This document shows positions 1 through 9,687 of a DNA stretch of 64,000 nucleotides, piece by piece (position 1 is the stretch's first letter; each line of letters starts with the position of its first letter). Under the pieces are notes generated by a model. The model worked only from the letters and a program-made list of their open reading frames with translations. It did no database searches and was not told the origin of the DNA. Both the position numbers and the translations under genes were made by a program. The stretch comes from Bdellovibrionales bacterium (GTDB lineage: Bacteria; Bdellovibrionota; Bdellovibrionia; Bdellovibrionales; JAGQZY01): positions 1,664,001 to 1,728,000 of the forward strand of contig CAXRHT010000002.1 of assembly GCA_964230645.1 (NCBI GenBank), read 5' to 3'.

Positions 1-12
1 CCGAGGATCATC

Positions 13-507
13 ATGTTCAAATGTAATCTTTTTTTTCTGTTAGTAATCATCTCATTCAATGTCTCTTGCGCTATGAAGAAAAAGATTGAGGGCCCCATTG
101 CCGATATGACCAAGGTTTGCCGAGAAGGGCAAAAACTTGTGTTTCAGATCATTCCATTTGAAAGAGGAGATTTTACAGTCTCCGATGAAAAAATTCTCAC
201 AGGTCCCAATGAGAGAACCTATGATTTGAAAAAAAGTGTGGCGCAAAGTTATGGACTCGAATGGTTACAATTGAAGTTCAAAAATCAACTTCTTTACAGC
301 TTGTGGTACGGCCCCAGAGGTTCCTTTGAAAAGGATATGGATCGAGTGGGCATTAACACTTACTATATTCGCGACCAACGTGGAAAGAAGCTCAACTCTT
401 TTAATAGAGAGATGATGTACACCAAAGACCTCAGTGGTCGGGTGATAACCATCGAACATCAAGGCTCTGCGGTCAATGGAGTGATGGTTACCTGTACTAA
501 ACTTTAG
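13..507 (+). CDS. hypothetical lipoprotein
   Basis: 164-aa ORF; hydrophobic N-terminus ending NVSC (lipobox-like); GAGGA RBS at 3-7. Confidence 0.6.
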   Translation: MFKCNLFFLLVIISFNVSCAMKKKIEGPIADMTKVCREGQKLVFQIIPFERGDFTVSDEKILTGPNERTYDLKKSVAQSYGLEWLQLKFKNQLLYSLWYGPRGSFEKDMDRVGINTYYIRDQRGKKLNSFNREMMYTKDLSGRVITIEHQGSAVNGVMVTCTKL

Positions 508-517
508 AGTTTAATTC

Positions 518-1276
518 TTAAGCCACATCGATTGTAGGCTTGGTGAAAATATAAGGCTTTTTTTCGGTCACCATAACAGTGTGCTCAAATTGGGCGGTAA
601 AGTATTGAGGATCGTAAAGCGTCCAACCATCGCCGGCTTCCACCAAAATTTCAGCGCCTGTTGAAATAATCGGTTCGATTGCGACCACATGGTTCTTCTG
701 AAAACACCGCTTATCTTTTTTGACGTAGAAGTTAGAGATAAATTCTGGTTCTTCATGCAGAGAACGTCCTACTCCATGTCCCCCGAGATTTTTGATCACA
801 GTGAGGTTTTCTCGATGAGCAAACTTTTCAATCGCTTGGCCCATTTGGTTTAAAGGAATTCCATCCGATACGTTTTTAAGTGCCACCTTAAGAGCCTTCT
901 TCGTCGAGGTGCATAAGTTATGCTTTTCATCGCTTCCACGCCCCAAAACGAAAGAGCCTCCCGTGTCCGCAAAAAAACCGCCTCGCTCCGCAGAGACGTC
1001 AATGTTAATGAGATGTCCTTCTTTTAAGATCTGAGAGTTCGGAACTCCATGAACACCAGCGTGTTCCACACTAATACAAGTTGAGCCGGGAAAATTATAA
1101 ACTTTTCGAGGAGCCGAATGGGCTCCATGCTTCTTTAAGAAGCGTGCGCCAATGTCATCGAGCTCCTCTGTGGTCATACCAATTTTAGCGGCACTCTTCA
1201 TGGTGGCAAGGCAGTTCGCCACAATTTCACCGATGGTTTTCATCGCTTCAAACTCATTATCCGTTTCTATACACAT
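518..1276 (-). CDS. map: type I methionine aminopeptidase
   Basis: Motifs CISV..VHGVP, INIDVS..GFFADTG, GHGVGRSLHEEP, AIEP, AQFEHTV. Confidence 0.95.
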   Translation of the reverse strand: MCIETDNEFEAMKTIGEIVANCLATMKSAAKIGMTTEELDDIGARFLKKHGAHSAPRKVYNFPGSTCISVEHAGVHGVPNSQILKEGHLINIDVSAERGGFFADTGGSFVLGRGSDEKHNLCTSTKKALKVALKNVSDGIPLNQMGQAIEKFAHRENLTVIKNLGGHGVGRSLHEEPEFISNFYVKKDKRCFQKNHVVAIEPIISTGAEILVEAGDGWTLYDPQYFTAQFEHTVMVTEKKPYIFTKPTIDVA

Positions 1277-1286
1277 TCGTTTTGTC

Positions 1287-1598
1287 CTAACGCTTTAGGT
1301 CCCAATATAGATCATCATCAGCTTCGTATTCAAGCTCGTCTATATAGGAATAGGAATCCCACATAAATTCCGCAATCTGAAGATTCTTGGCCTCCCCACC
1401 AGGACGCATCACAATGAAAAGAAGACTGGCAGCCAACAAACCACCCATAGGAAGAAGGAGATTCCACCTCCTCCAAATTGGCCCTTGGGAATGGATCCTC
1501 TTTTGAAGTTGATCCCATTCTTTCTCAGGGGGGGGCGGAATTTTCGAATCATGAGACTTCAAAAATGCTTTAAGGTCTTTATCTTTTTTATCCATCAT
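1287..1598 (-). CDS. putative single-pass anti-sigma factor
   Basis: 103 aa, one TM helix after a W-x2-L...RRW segment; overlaps the 3' end of the ECF sigma gene. Confidence 0.6.
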   Translation of the reverse strand: MMDKKDKDLKAFLKSHDSKIPPPPEKEWDQLQKRIHSQGPIWRRWNLLLPMGGLLAASLLFIVMRPGGEAKNLQIAEFMWDSYSYIDELEYEADDDLYWDLKR

Positions 1599-2070
1599 AC
1601 TCGAATCCTAGTTTTTTTAAGTTCTCTAAAAACTCTTTTCTTCCTTTATGAAGTCTCGATTTCACTGTCCCTGGAGGCAGTTCTAAACTCTCAGCCACCT
1701 CTTTCACACTGAGACCCATCTTATAAAAAAGTACGAACGGAGCTTTCGTCGGCATATCCATAAGCTGTATGCTTTTCTCAATCCCTTCTCGAAGTTCTAG
1801 AGAAGAAGTTTCAGGCTGAGGTTCACGACTTTCAACAATAAGCTTAAGATCACGAGACTTTTTTTTCAGGTAGTCCTTTGCGGTATTGACAGCAATACGA
1901 TAAATCCAAGTTCTTATTTCAGAATCACCTTTAAATTTATGGCGTGTCTTCCAAATCTTTACAAAGGTCTCTTGCACAAGGTCATCTAAAGGTTGTGCCC
2001 CTACCATCCAATAAAGGGAGGAGCGAACAAAAGATCTATGGATTTGATAAATTTCTTCGAAGTTATCGAT
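1588..2070 (-). CDS. ECF RNA polymerase sigma factor
   Basis: Region 2 DDLVQETFVKIW..WIYRIAVN and region 4 EVAESLELPPGTVKSRLHKGR. The frame stays open upstream of the ATG at 2007 (DNFEEIYQIHRSFV); start placed tentatively at ATC 2070. Confidence 0.9.
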   Translation of the reverse strand: MDNFEEIYQIHRSFVRSSLYWMVGAQPLDDLVQETFVKIWKTRHKFKGDSEIRTWIYRIAVNTAKDYLKKKSRDLKLIVESREPQPETSSLELREGIEKSIQLMDMPTKAPFVLFYKMGLSVKEVAESLELPPGTVKSRLHKGRKEFLENLKKLGFEYDG

Positions 2071-2491
2071 TTTTATGCTTCCATCTATGGTTTTTCTTGC
2101 CGCGCTTTTGTCTCATCTCTTGGAAGAGCTTTCTCTGCTCAGGTGTTAAGATTTCTCGAATACTGAGCATTTTTTCAAAGCGTATCTTCGCGATTTCTGT
2201 TTTTTTCGATTGCAGTTCATTATGAAGTTTTGTGAGTTCCACCTTCGAGGCATCCGAGCCAAGAGCTTCTTTAAACTTTTTTCGCACCTCACGCATCTCT
2301 GCTCTCTTCGCTTTCATATCGGGATTGTTTTTCCGCAGCTCCTTCATCTTTTCTTTTTGCTCAGCTGTCAGCTCTAGCTTTTTCATCATTCTTTTAAAAT
2401 GGCCCTTACCTGGTTTGGCCAATGACGGCTGACTGATTAAAGACAATCCTAGTAAAATAGCTATTAAAACCGTGAAGTTTTTCATTCTCAT
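2063..2491 (-). CDS. Spy/CpxP family periplasmic protein
   Basis: Signal peptide, two LTxEQ motifs (LELTAEQ, ILTPEQ); AAAGGAG RBS 7 nt before ATG at 2491. Confidence 0.85.
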   Translation of the reverse strand: MRMKNFTVLIAILLGLSLISQPSLAKPGKGHFKRMMKKLELTAEQKEKMKELRKNNPDMKAKRAEMREVRKKFKEALGSDASKVELTKLHNELQSKKTEIAKIRFEKMLSIREILTPEQRKLFQEMRQKRGKKNHRWKHKNR

Positions 2492-2520
2492 CTCAAATCT
2501 CCTTTGAAACATTCTAAGCT

Positions 2521-2548
2521 TTAGACGACCCACAACTCCAAAAGGTTC
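2521..2548 (-). promoter_or_regulatory. ECF (sigmaE-like) promoter
   Basis: Minus strand reads GAACCT-N17-TCTAA directly upstream of the spy-ECF-anti-sigma operon. Confidence 0.7.
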
Positions 2549-2755
2549 AGATTTTTTTATTATTCTATAACCCTTTGGTTTTCGCTATTTTTTCCGGCTT
2601 AGACTCGAAAAATGAGGTGCTGTGGCGAGATCAAGATTTCACTTCCTGGCCTTTTCTCTTAATAAACTCTCTCAAACCCCACCCAAATACCGTATTCCTA
2701 TTTTGGCACCGGGATGACTGGCCACCAGACACATTCATCGTTATCCTTTATAAAG

Positions 2756-3616
2756 ATGCGATGTTCTATTTTGAGACTGTTATTGCTCCTTTTCCTACCT
2801 GTTTCCAGCATGGCGCAAGTCAGCCAAAACTTTATAACAGACGAGCCTCCTCCCGTTTATGAAATGGGGATGGGGGGTATTGGACTCAACCTTCCTGACT
2901 ACCCTGGCTCCAGCAATAATCGCTTTCGCGCCGTACCCTTCCCTTATTATATATATCGTGGAAAGTATTTCCGCTCTGATGATGAGGGCACAAGAGCCCG
3001 TCTTCTTTCCTCCCCTTTTCACGAACTGGGCATGAGCTTTGGTTTTAACTTTCCCGTCAACTCGGGAGACAGCCCCGCCAGACAGGGCATGCCCGATCTC
3101 GATGCTCTTATGGAGATTGGTCCGCGCCTTCTCTTTCGGTTTCTTAAATCAGCTCCCAACCATCGTCTCAACTTTTCTGTTTCCGCTCGGGCTGTTTTTT
3201 CTTCCAAGTTTAGTTTCGATAATCTTTTACGCCATGAGGGATATACTATTATACCTCAAATCAATTATTGGTATCGCTGGAGAGAGTCTAAAACGACCCT
3301 TTTCTCTTCTCTCAGCTTTGATTTTGGAACAGCCAAGTACAATCGCTATTTCTTCAATGTCCCAGAGGCCTACGCGACCGCTGAGCGTTCTGCTTATCTA
3401 GCAAAGTCAGGCCTTGTTGAAACCTCGCTCGCTTTGGGAGTTGGCCAGGAAATTAATGAAGACTTGTTTGTTTTTGGTGGTGGATCATGGAGAAATCTCG
3501 ATTGGGCCAGTAATCAGCAAAGCCCACTGGTTGAAAAAACCAACAACGTCGGTTTTATCCTGGGATTTGTTTGGACGTTTTATATGTCAGAGGAACGTGT
3601 TAAAAGGCTGAAATGA
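2756..3616 (+). CDS. MipA/OmpV family outer-membrane protein
   Basis: Signal peptide; PDYPGS..PFPYYIYRG, R.GMPDLD..EIGP, N..SPLVEK motifs; start moved to MRCSIL. Confidence 0.8.
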   Translation: MRCSILRLLLLLFLPVSSMAQVSQNFITDEPPPVYEMGMGGIGLNLPDYPGSSNNRFRAVPFPYYIYRGKYFRSDDEGTRARLLSSPFHELGMSFGFNFPVNSGDSPARQGMPDLDALMEIGPRLLFRFLKSAPNHRLNFSVSARAVFSSKFSFDNLLRHEGYTIIPQINYWYRWRESKTTLFSSLSFDFGTAKYNRYFFNVPEAYATAERSAYLAKSGLVETSLALGVGQEINEDLFVFGGGSWRNLDWASNQQSPLVEKTNNVGFILGFVWTFYMSEERVKRLK

Positions 3617-3769
3617 TCCAGCGATTGTTTCAGACCCTTGTATTTCTATGCTGCCTTTCGAGCGGCTACTTTTTCTATAAAATGACAGGTGGAGATTGGC
3701 TAAATGGGGCGATTTTTGCTATAGGGTTAACCGGTATATTTTTTAGTATGATTCGCAAAAAGGAATAAT

Positions 3770-4879
3770 ATGATCTGGAATCTGGTTATCGTTCTTCTAC
3801 TGGCCTTTTCTTCTGAACCTAAAAACAACATAACTGGAGAATCCGAGGGACAAAAGTTCCAGGTTATTGAAATGGCCTCGGATCTGCACATCCCCTGGGG
3901 TTTTGATTTTTTAGATAGCCAAACCATGATCTTCACCGAAAAAAACGGCAAAATCTCCCTTCTTAATTTAGAGACTAAAAAAATCACTCCTGTGGCTCTT
4001 GATTTCACCAGTTATGAACGAGGCCAGGGCGGACTCATGGATATTAAAATCCATCCTAACTACCCTGAAAAACCTTGGATTTATATAACCAAGACCGATA
4101 AAAAGGCGGGAGAACTCACCACCACACTCGCTCGATTCCAACTAAAATCCAACAAGGTCACAGATTTTAATAAGCTTTTAGTCACTAACGCTACCTCCGA
4201 TACCACTCGACATTTTGGCTCTCGTATCACTTTTGATGAGCAAGGCTTTCTTTATTTCTCCGTCGGCGAGAGGGGGCGTAGGGATAAAGCCCAAGACCTC
4301 TCCACCCATGCCGGGAGTGTATTAAGACTAATGGATGATGGCTCAGTCCCTAAAGACAACCCCTTTTACAATCGCAAAAATGCTCAAAACGAAATCTGGA
4401 GCTATGGGCATCGCAACCCTCAAGGCCTGGTTTACGACAAAGATCGTAATATTCTCTGGGAAATGGAGCACGGCCCTCAGGGGGGTGATGAAATCAATCG
4501 CATCAAAAAGGCAAAAAATTACGGGTGGCCGGTGATTAGCTACGGCGAAGAGTATGGCACTTCAACGCCTGTGGGTGAGAAGAAAAAAAAGGGAATGATG
4601 CAACCTGTGCACTACTACGTTCCCTCGATCGCTCCTTGTGGGCTTGAGGTTTATAGCGGCAAGGCCTTCCCCAAATGGAAAGGGGATTTATTCTCTGGAG
4701 CGCTCAAGCTGACCCACCTTAACCGAGTGGTCATGGATCAGAACGGAAAATTTGTGAAAGAAGAGCGTCTGCTCAAAGATCTAAGCCAAAGGGTCAGAAA
4801 TGTTAAGGAAAGCCCAGAGGGGCACCTTTATATTTCCACAGACTCTGGTTACATATACGCCATAAAGCCCTCAAAATAG
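3770..4879 (+). CDS. PQQ-dependent sugar dehydrogenase (GSDH/YliI family)
   Basis: PWGFDFL, GQGGLMDI, HFGSRI, GHRNPQGL, EHGPQGGDEIN, NYGWP. Confidence 0.93.
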   Translation: MIWNLVIVLLLAFSSEPKNNITGESEGQKFQVIEMASDLHIPWGFDFLDSQTMIFTEKNGKISLLNLETKKITPVALDFTSYERGQGGLMDIKIHPNYPEKPWIYITKTDKKAGELTTTLARFQLKSNKVTDFNKLLVTNATSDTTRHFGSRITFDEQGFLYFSVGERGRRDKAQDLSTHAGSVLRLMDDGSVPKDNPFYNRKNAQNEIWSYGHRNPQGLVYDKDRNILWEMEHGPQGGDEINRIKKAKNYGWPVISYGEEYGTSTPVGEKKKKGMMQPVHYYVPSIAPCGLEVYSGKAFPKWKGDLFSGALKLTHLNRVVMDQNGKFVKEERLLKDLSQRVRNVKESPEGHLYISTDSGYIYAIKPSK

Positions 4880-5109
4880 CGCTGTTTTTATTCAGCTCCA
4901 ACCAAAAGGCCAATGAGTCTGGTTTTTCCCTCAGGCTGGCCTTTGCACTAAAAAAATCACCCGATTTATCTTGGATCTTGCCTTTCTTCTCTACAGAAGA
5001 TACACCTGAAATTGTTCTCACTCTTGAGGTTTGATTGGCGCTAAAATTTTGGCCCCATTTGAATAATAGATTGCGGGCAGAAATTTTAGAATAATAAAGG
5101 AATACTATT

Positions 5110-5310
5110 ATGAATACAGGTAAAGTTAAGTTTTTTAACGCGACAAAAGGTTTTGGATTTATCACTAAAGATGATGGGAAAGACATTTTCTTTCACATTT
5201 CATCTGTTCAAGGTGGCACTGAGCCTCAAGACGGTGACACAGTGGAATTCGAAGTTGGTGAAGGGAACAAAGGTCCATGCGCCTTAAACGTAACTGTTAA
5301 AGCTAACTAA
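5110..5310 (+). CDS. cspA: cold-shock protein
   Basis: GKVKFFN, KGFGFI (RNP1), DIFFHIS (RNP2); 66 aa. Confidence 0.93.
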   Translation: MNTGKVKFFNATKGFGFITKDDGKDIFFHISSVQGGTEPQDGDTVEFEVGEGNKGPCALNVTVKAN

Positions 5311-5326
5311 ATTTTAAATTTTAAAG

Positions 5327-5365
5327 AAGCCAGCTCTATCTTTTTTGATCCAGCTGGCTTTTTTT
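5327..5365 (+). terminator. intrinsic terminator
   Basis: AAGCCAGCT...AGCTGGCTT stem followed by a T tract after the csp gene. Confidence 0.8.
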
Positions 5366-5432
5366 ATTTCTCATCCTAAAAAAATTAAACACTCCCCACA
5401 AAAAACTCTAACCAGTAAATCCTAGTAACATC

Positions 5433-5621
5433 ATGTTTAACGAAGAAGAGCTTTTTTTTACATGTCCCTACTGCGCACAAAGAATCTCATTTCTTTGCGA
5501 GCAAATCTACGGCAATCAAACCTATATTGAAGACTGCGAGGTCTGCTGCCAACCCATCCAAATTCGCTTGATTACAGAAGATGGCAAGATACAGAGTTTT
5601 GATGTGCAAAGAGCGGACTAG
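5433..5621 (+). CDS. CPXCG-type cysteine-rich small protein
   Basis: CPYC...YIEDCEVCCQPI. Confidence 0.85.
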   Translation: MFNEEELFFTCPYCAQRISFLCEQIYGNQTYIEDCEVCCQPIQIRLITEDGKIQSFDVQRAD

Positions 5622-5642
5622 ATTAAGAAGCCAATCGCAGAT

Positions 5643-6833
5643 CTAGGATTGATCAATGTCAATTAACAAGAAATGTACCCCGTCTTGAAAATCTCGAGGG
5701 CTATGAACCTCAAAAGCACCCCACGAATTGAGAACAATAACGTGCCCCTCTAATGGACCGGTCTCCAATAGCCCTATCGCTGCTACAGCGTGACCAATTT
5801 CCGAGGCCATATGAGGCATCAAATCGGCAACCATTTGATCATTGGGCGCTTCACCACTTTCAAGTCGCTTAATCGTTTGACTGAGAGCTTTGGTGCGCGT
5901 GAAAATTTGGCCTATGGAACGGAATACCTTACGAACACCTCGCTGGTAGGGAATAAGACCAGCTTTCGGTACCTGCGTATGATACCCCATGGCCGTCGTT
6001 GTCATATTTTGTGTTTGAGTTCTATCAACAATACCACCGACAACAGCTTTCCCACCCTTTGATAAGTGGCTTAAAAACTCGCTCACTTGGGTCGTTTCCT
6101 TAGCCTTGAGATCAAACGGGATATTAACTCTTGGCTGCTCATCATTGGCTCTTTCATTATCGGTCACTTGGTGTCTAATAGCATCTTGGTTGGCTTTTTG
6201 AGTCCTACTTTTGAACTCACTGAAGATGGTCAAAATATCTTTAGGGGCCAACGAAGGCTTACTCCCCTGGGTATAGCCTTCAGGCCACATGCGAACGTAA
6301 AGATCATCGAGAAGCATCCTGACATTCTGATGATAGGAGAACTCATTAACTTGGCTATCGCTTTCGATCTGTCTACCGGAAAGGGTCACAGGTTCAATCC
6401 CCTCGCGAAGAGCCAAAGCGTTTATAGCTGAAACGTTAGCACAAAGGTTACATGACCCTTCCGTCTGGTAAATCATTGGAGGTAAAAAACTGGATCGGCT
6501 GGGTCGGAATTCTCCGCCTGGCTGGCCATCTATGAGAATGTCGTTGCCTCGAAAATAGTAAGTGTCCAAATTTGAATCGGTAAAAATCCAAACGGGTTCA
6601 TTGAGATCTTTATTGGGCTGAGTTCGCCCGACAACCACAAGCTCCAATGGGTCACCAGCGACCCAGTCGGTTTCTCGATTGGCTGAAAGTAAACTGCGAT
6701 CGTGAAGTACCACATTTACCATTTGCCCATTTTTTAATGGCGATAAGTCGAAAACATTCTTACAAGTTAATGCGTGGGCTGATAAGGAAAACAAAAGGGC
6801 GAAAAAAACAACAGAGGTTCTCATGACTAACAC
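5643..6833 (-). CDS. secreted papain-like (clan CA) cysteine peptidase, putative
   Basis: Signal peptide (SAHA); QTEGSC, GHAVAAIG and LNSWG appear in papain order. Confidence 0.65.
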   Translation of the reverse strand: MLVMRTSVVFFALLFSLSAHALTCKNVFDLSPLKNGQMVNVVLHDRSLLSANRETDWVAGDPLELVVVGRTQPNKDLNEPVWIFTDSNLDTYYFRGNDILIDGQPGGEFRPSRSSFLPPMIYQTEGSCNLCANVSAINALALREGIEPVTLSGRQIESDSQVNEFSYHQNVRMLLDDLYVRMWPEGYTQGSKPSLAPKDILTIFSEFKSRTQKANQDAIRHQVTDNERANDEQPRVNIPFDLKAKETTQVSEFLSHLSKGGKAVVGGIVDRTQTQNMTTTAMGYHTQVPKAGLIPYQRGVRKVFRSIGQIFTRTKALSQTIKRLESGEAPNDQMVADLMPHMASEIGHAVAAIGLLETGPLEGHVIVLNSWGAFEVHSPRDFQDGVHFLLIDIDQS

Positions 6834-7017
6834 AACTCCTAGATTTAACGGGAACTATGTTTTTAATTCAGAAAATTAGCTTGGGCAAAAGTTAGAGAGT
6901 TCACCTGTAAATAGGTAAGGACTGTCAAAACTCTCAACATTTATTAAACTTCTTATTCGTTTGGTTGCGATGCGAATCACTCAATGTATTGCTGAGTCCC
7001 ACGGTCGTCGCTCATTT

Positions 7018-7166
7018 TTGTTCCGCTTGTTGTCCCGCTTGTTGTTCCGCTTGTCGTCCTGAGGCGAAGCCGAAGGACCTGGTTCCATAGATCCTTCGGC
7101 TTCGCCTCAGGATGACTTTGAACTTTGAGCCTCAGGATGACGTTGAACTTTGAGCTATAAGATGAC
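7018..7166. repeat. REP-like palindrome cluster 1
   Basis: 25-bp inverted arms 7053-7077 / 7092-7116 with 1 mismatch; three 12-bp tandem units on the left; two 25-bp units ending GATGAC on the right. Confidence 0.9.
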
Positions 7167-7194
7167 GCCCCCCCAGTTAACAGGGGCGACGGAG

Positions 7195-8223
7195 TTAATT
7201 TTTGTAGATCACTTTAGTGAGTAAATGGGTCTCCTCAGCGAATTTAGTTTGAGGCTCCAGTTTTCCCAGAGTTTTATTGAGGGGCTTTTTTATATAATTA
7301 GTAAAAAATGGTTCGTGGAAGTTCTTTGGGAACTCTTGAATGGCCCAATCGAGATCGGGATCATCTCCTAATTGGATTGAGTCAGCGAGGCCCCAAAAAC
7401 CTTTGGGCTTACACACTCGTAAACTCTCTTTGATCACATTTTCACGCACCTTTTCTGGTAACTCATGATGAAGATAAACAGAGACTACGGCATCAAACCA
7501 ATTGTCTTTAAAAGGAAGCTTCTCACCATCTCCCACTATAAGATTCACGTTTTTATTTTCTATGAAGCGTTTTCGCCCATGGCGAATATAATTGGGTGAT
7601 AAATCAAGACCCGTGATTTCAGCTTGCGGAAGGCTTAAGCTCATAAATTCTGTGAACGTTCCGGAGCCGCAGCCAATCTCTAGTATTCTAAAAGACTTTC
7701 TATTTTTAAATTTCTGGTAAAGGGGCCGCAAGAGCCTCCTTCTCATCGGATCAGCGGTTCCTCGAAACAAGAGTTCAACTTGATGCTCATACAAATAAGC
7801 GGAGTGATCGCTCAGGTATCCGTCCGTCTGATGGTGGAAGTTTCGTTGATAGTATTTAGGGTAACGCCCCAACTCCTCTTTGATTTTCTTTGAAAAACTT
7901 TGCGTGTCTTTTTCCCGCCGACGCCAAAAACTTTTCGAACTATCAAATAGGATCTGAAACCAGCGGGAGAAATGATCTGAGGGGGATTCGGGACGAAGCA
8001 TTCTCAAGGGCCACTGAAGATCCGCAAAATCTTGCGCATCTTCTTTTAAGAGCTGCCTGACTTTATTCAGAAGATCATTTCTTTCCTCAGTCGAGGGAAT
8101 CTTTCCCACCTCTCCAGTGACAAGACGATGCATGAGCGGAAGGGGTAAGCTTTCAGCGGAATAAAGGAGAGCTCTAGCGTGACTGATTCCTTCTACCGTT
8201 TTGTACTTTAAGAACGAGTTCAT
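7195..8223 (-). CDS. class I SAM-dependent methyltransferase
   Basis: ILEIGCGSG, GLDLSP, LPFKDNWFDAV; N-terminal YPKYYQRNFHHQTDGYLS. Confidence 0.9.
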   Translation of the reverse strand: MNSFLKYKTVEGISHARALLYSAESLPLPLMHRLVTGEVGKIPSTEERNDLLNKVRQLLKEDAQDFADLQWPLRMLRPESPSDHFSRWFQILFDSSKSFWRRREKDTQSFSKKIKEELGRYPKYYQRNFHHQTDGYLSDHSAYLYEHQVELLFRGTADPMRRRLLRPLYQKFKNRKSFRILEIGCGSGTFTEFMSLSLPQAEITGLDLSPNYIRHGRKRFIENKNVNLIVGDGEKLPFKDNWFDAVVSVYLHHELPEKVRENVIKESLRVCKPKGFWGLADSIQLGDDPDLDWAIQEFPKNFHEPFFTNYIKKPLNKTLGKLEPQTKFAEETHLLTKVIYKN

Positions 8224-8228
8224 AGTAT

Positions 8229-8885
8229 TTAGACCTCCACCGGACAGACGTCCCAGCCTCTTTTCACTCCGGGCCTTTTTTTGATTTCCTCAAGCCAGGT
8301 GCTCACCTTACTAAAATCACCAAGTTTTAGAATGTCGCTAGCTTCATAAAACTCAGACAAACAATCCACCCAAGGGGCAATTGCAAAATCGGCAATGGAA
8401 ATTTCAGAGCCCGCTATGTATTTTGATTTTTCTAACTGGCCATCAATAACGCCCAACAATCTTTTTGTCTCTTTGGTGTACCTTTCAACAGGATAAGGAT
8501 GATCGCATTTGTCTTTTGCGTATTTAAAAAAGTGACCAAACTGCCCGAACATGGGACCCACATGCCCTACCTGAAAGAACAACCACTGTAGGGTTCGATT
8601 GCGCTTCACAGGGTCCTTGGATAAAAAGCGTCCTGACTTTTCCGCCAAGTAAATTAAGATCGCACCGGATTCCATAATATTGAGAGGTTTGCCGTTATCC
8701 CCTTCAGGATCGACAAGCGCAGGAATTTTCGAGTTGGGATTGATTTTAATAAAGGAATCTTCAAATTGGTCCCCCTCTAAAATGTCGATGCGATGGGCGT
8801 CGTACTCAAGTTCCATTTCTTCTAAAGCGATTGAGGCTTTCTTTCCATTGGGCGTGGCCAGTGAGTAGAGTTGAAGTTTCGACAT
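8229..8885 (-). CDS. glutathione S-transferase (YfcG/YghU-like)
   Basis: TPNG, INPNSKIPAL, ESGAIL, QWLFFQ..GPMFGQ. Confidence 0.93.
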   Translation of the reverse strand: MSKLQLYSLATPNGKKASIALEEMELEYDAHRIDILEGDQFEDSFIKINPNSKIPALVDPEGDNGKPLNIMESGAILIYLAEKSGRFLSKDPVKRNRTLQWLFFQVGHVGPMFGQFGHFFKYAKDKCDHPYPVERYTKETKRLLGVIDGQLEKSKYIAGSEISIADFAIAPWVDCLSEFYEASDILKLGDFSKVSTWLEEIKKRPGVKRGWDVCPVEV

Positions 8886-9030
8886 TAGGACCTCCTTGAG
8901 TTCTTAGAACTCCCTTTCACTTGCAGTGAATAGACAACAGCCCATTTCTGACTCGGTGTATTTTTAAGTTTCCAGTGAAAAGAAGACATAATCTTGATCT
9001 CCAAGTATAGTGATAAGCGCATAAGGAGTC

Positions 9031-9582
9031 TTGATGAAACTTAAACAAATAGCTCTTATTTTTCTTCTCATCTTCACTGGCCTAACCCTTGGTGCCAAGA
9101 GTTTTCACGCGATTAAGATCAATAAAATTGGAGGTAAAAAACCTATGGACTTACAAGAATACAAAGGAAAAACCCTGCTGGTCGTTAATATCGCCACAAA
9201 GTGTGGCTACACCCCTCAACTCGAGGGACTCGAAGCCCTTTATCAAAAGTATAAATCCAAAAACTTTGAAGTTTTGGGTGTGCCCAGCAACGAATTTGGT
9301 GGGCAAACCCCTGAGGAAAATCAAGAGGTTAAGAAGTTCTGTAAACTCAATTACGGCGTGAGCTTTCCTCTCACTGAAAAAACTCAGGTGAAAGGCGATG
9401 ATAAACACCCCATGATGAAAAACCTTATTGAGCAATCCGAAGGCTCAAAAGAGATCGCCTGGAACTTTGAAAAATTTCTAGTGAACTCTGAGGGAGAGCT
9501 TGTGGCTCGCTACGATTCAAAAATGAAGCCCACCGACAGTGAGCTTGAGAAAAAAGTAGCTGAAATCACTGGTAAAAATTAA
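9031..9582 (+). CDS. glutathione peroxidase (Cys-type) with signal peptide
   Basis: VNIATKCGYT, PSNEFGGQ, WNFEKFL. Confidence 0.93.
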   Translation: MMKLKQIALIFLLIFTGLTLGAKSFHAIKINKIGGKKPMDLQEYKGKTLLVVNIATKCGYTPQLEGLEALYQKYKSKNFEVLGVPSNEFGGQTPEENQEVKKFCKLNYGVSFPLTEKTQVKGDDKHPMMKNLIEQSEGSKEIAWNFEKFLVNSEGELVARYDSKMKPTDSELEKKVAEITGKN

Positions 9583-9687
9583 ATACCCCACCCCCTTGTG
9601 AAGATTTTGCCCAAAACAAGGGGAAACCTCTGGAATTATTGGAAAATAATTGTTTTTATGAGCCTGTCTTGATAGAACTTTGCGGCT

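Noticed and set aside
9031..9582. Selenocysteine in the glutathione peroxidase
   Set aside because: The active-site codon is TGT (Cys) and there is no in-frame TGA
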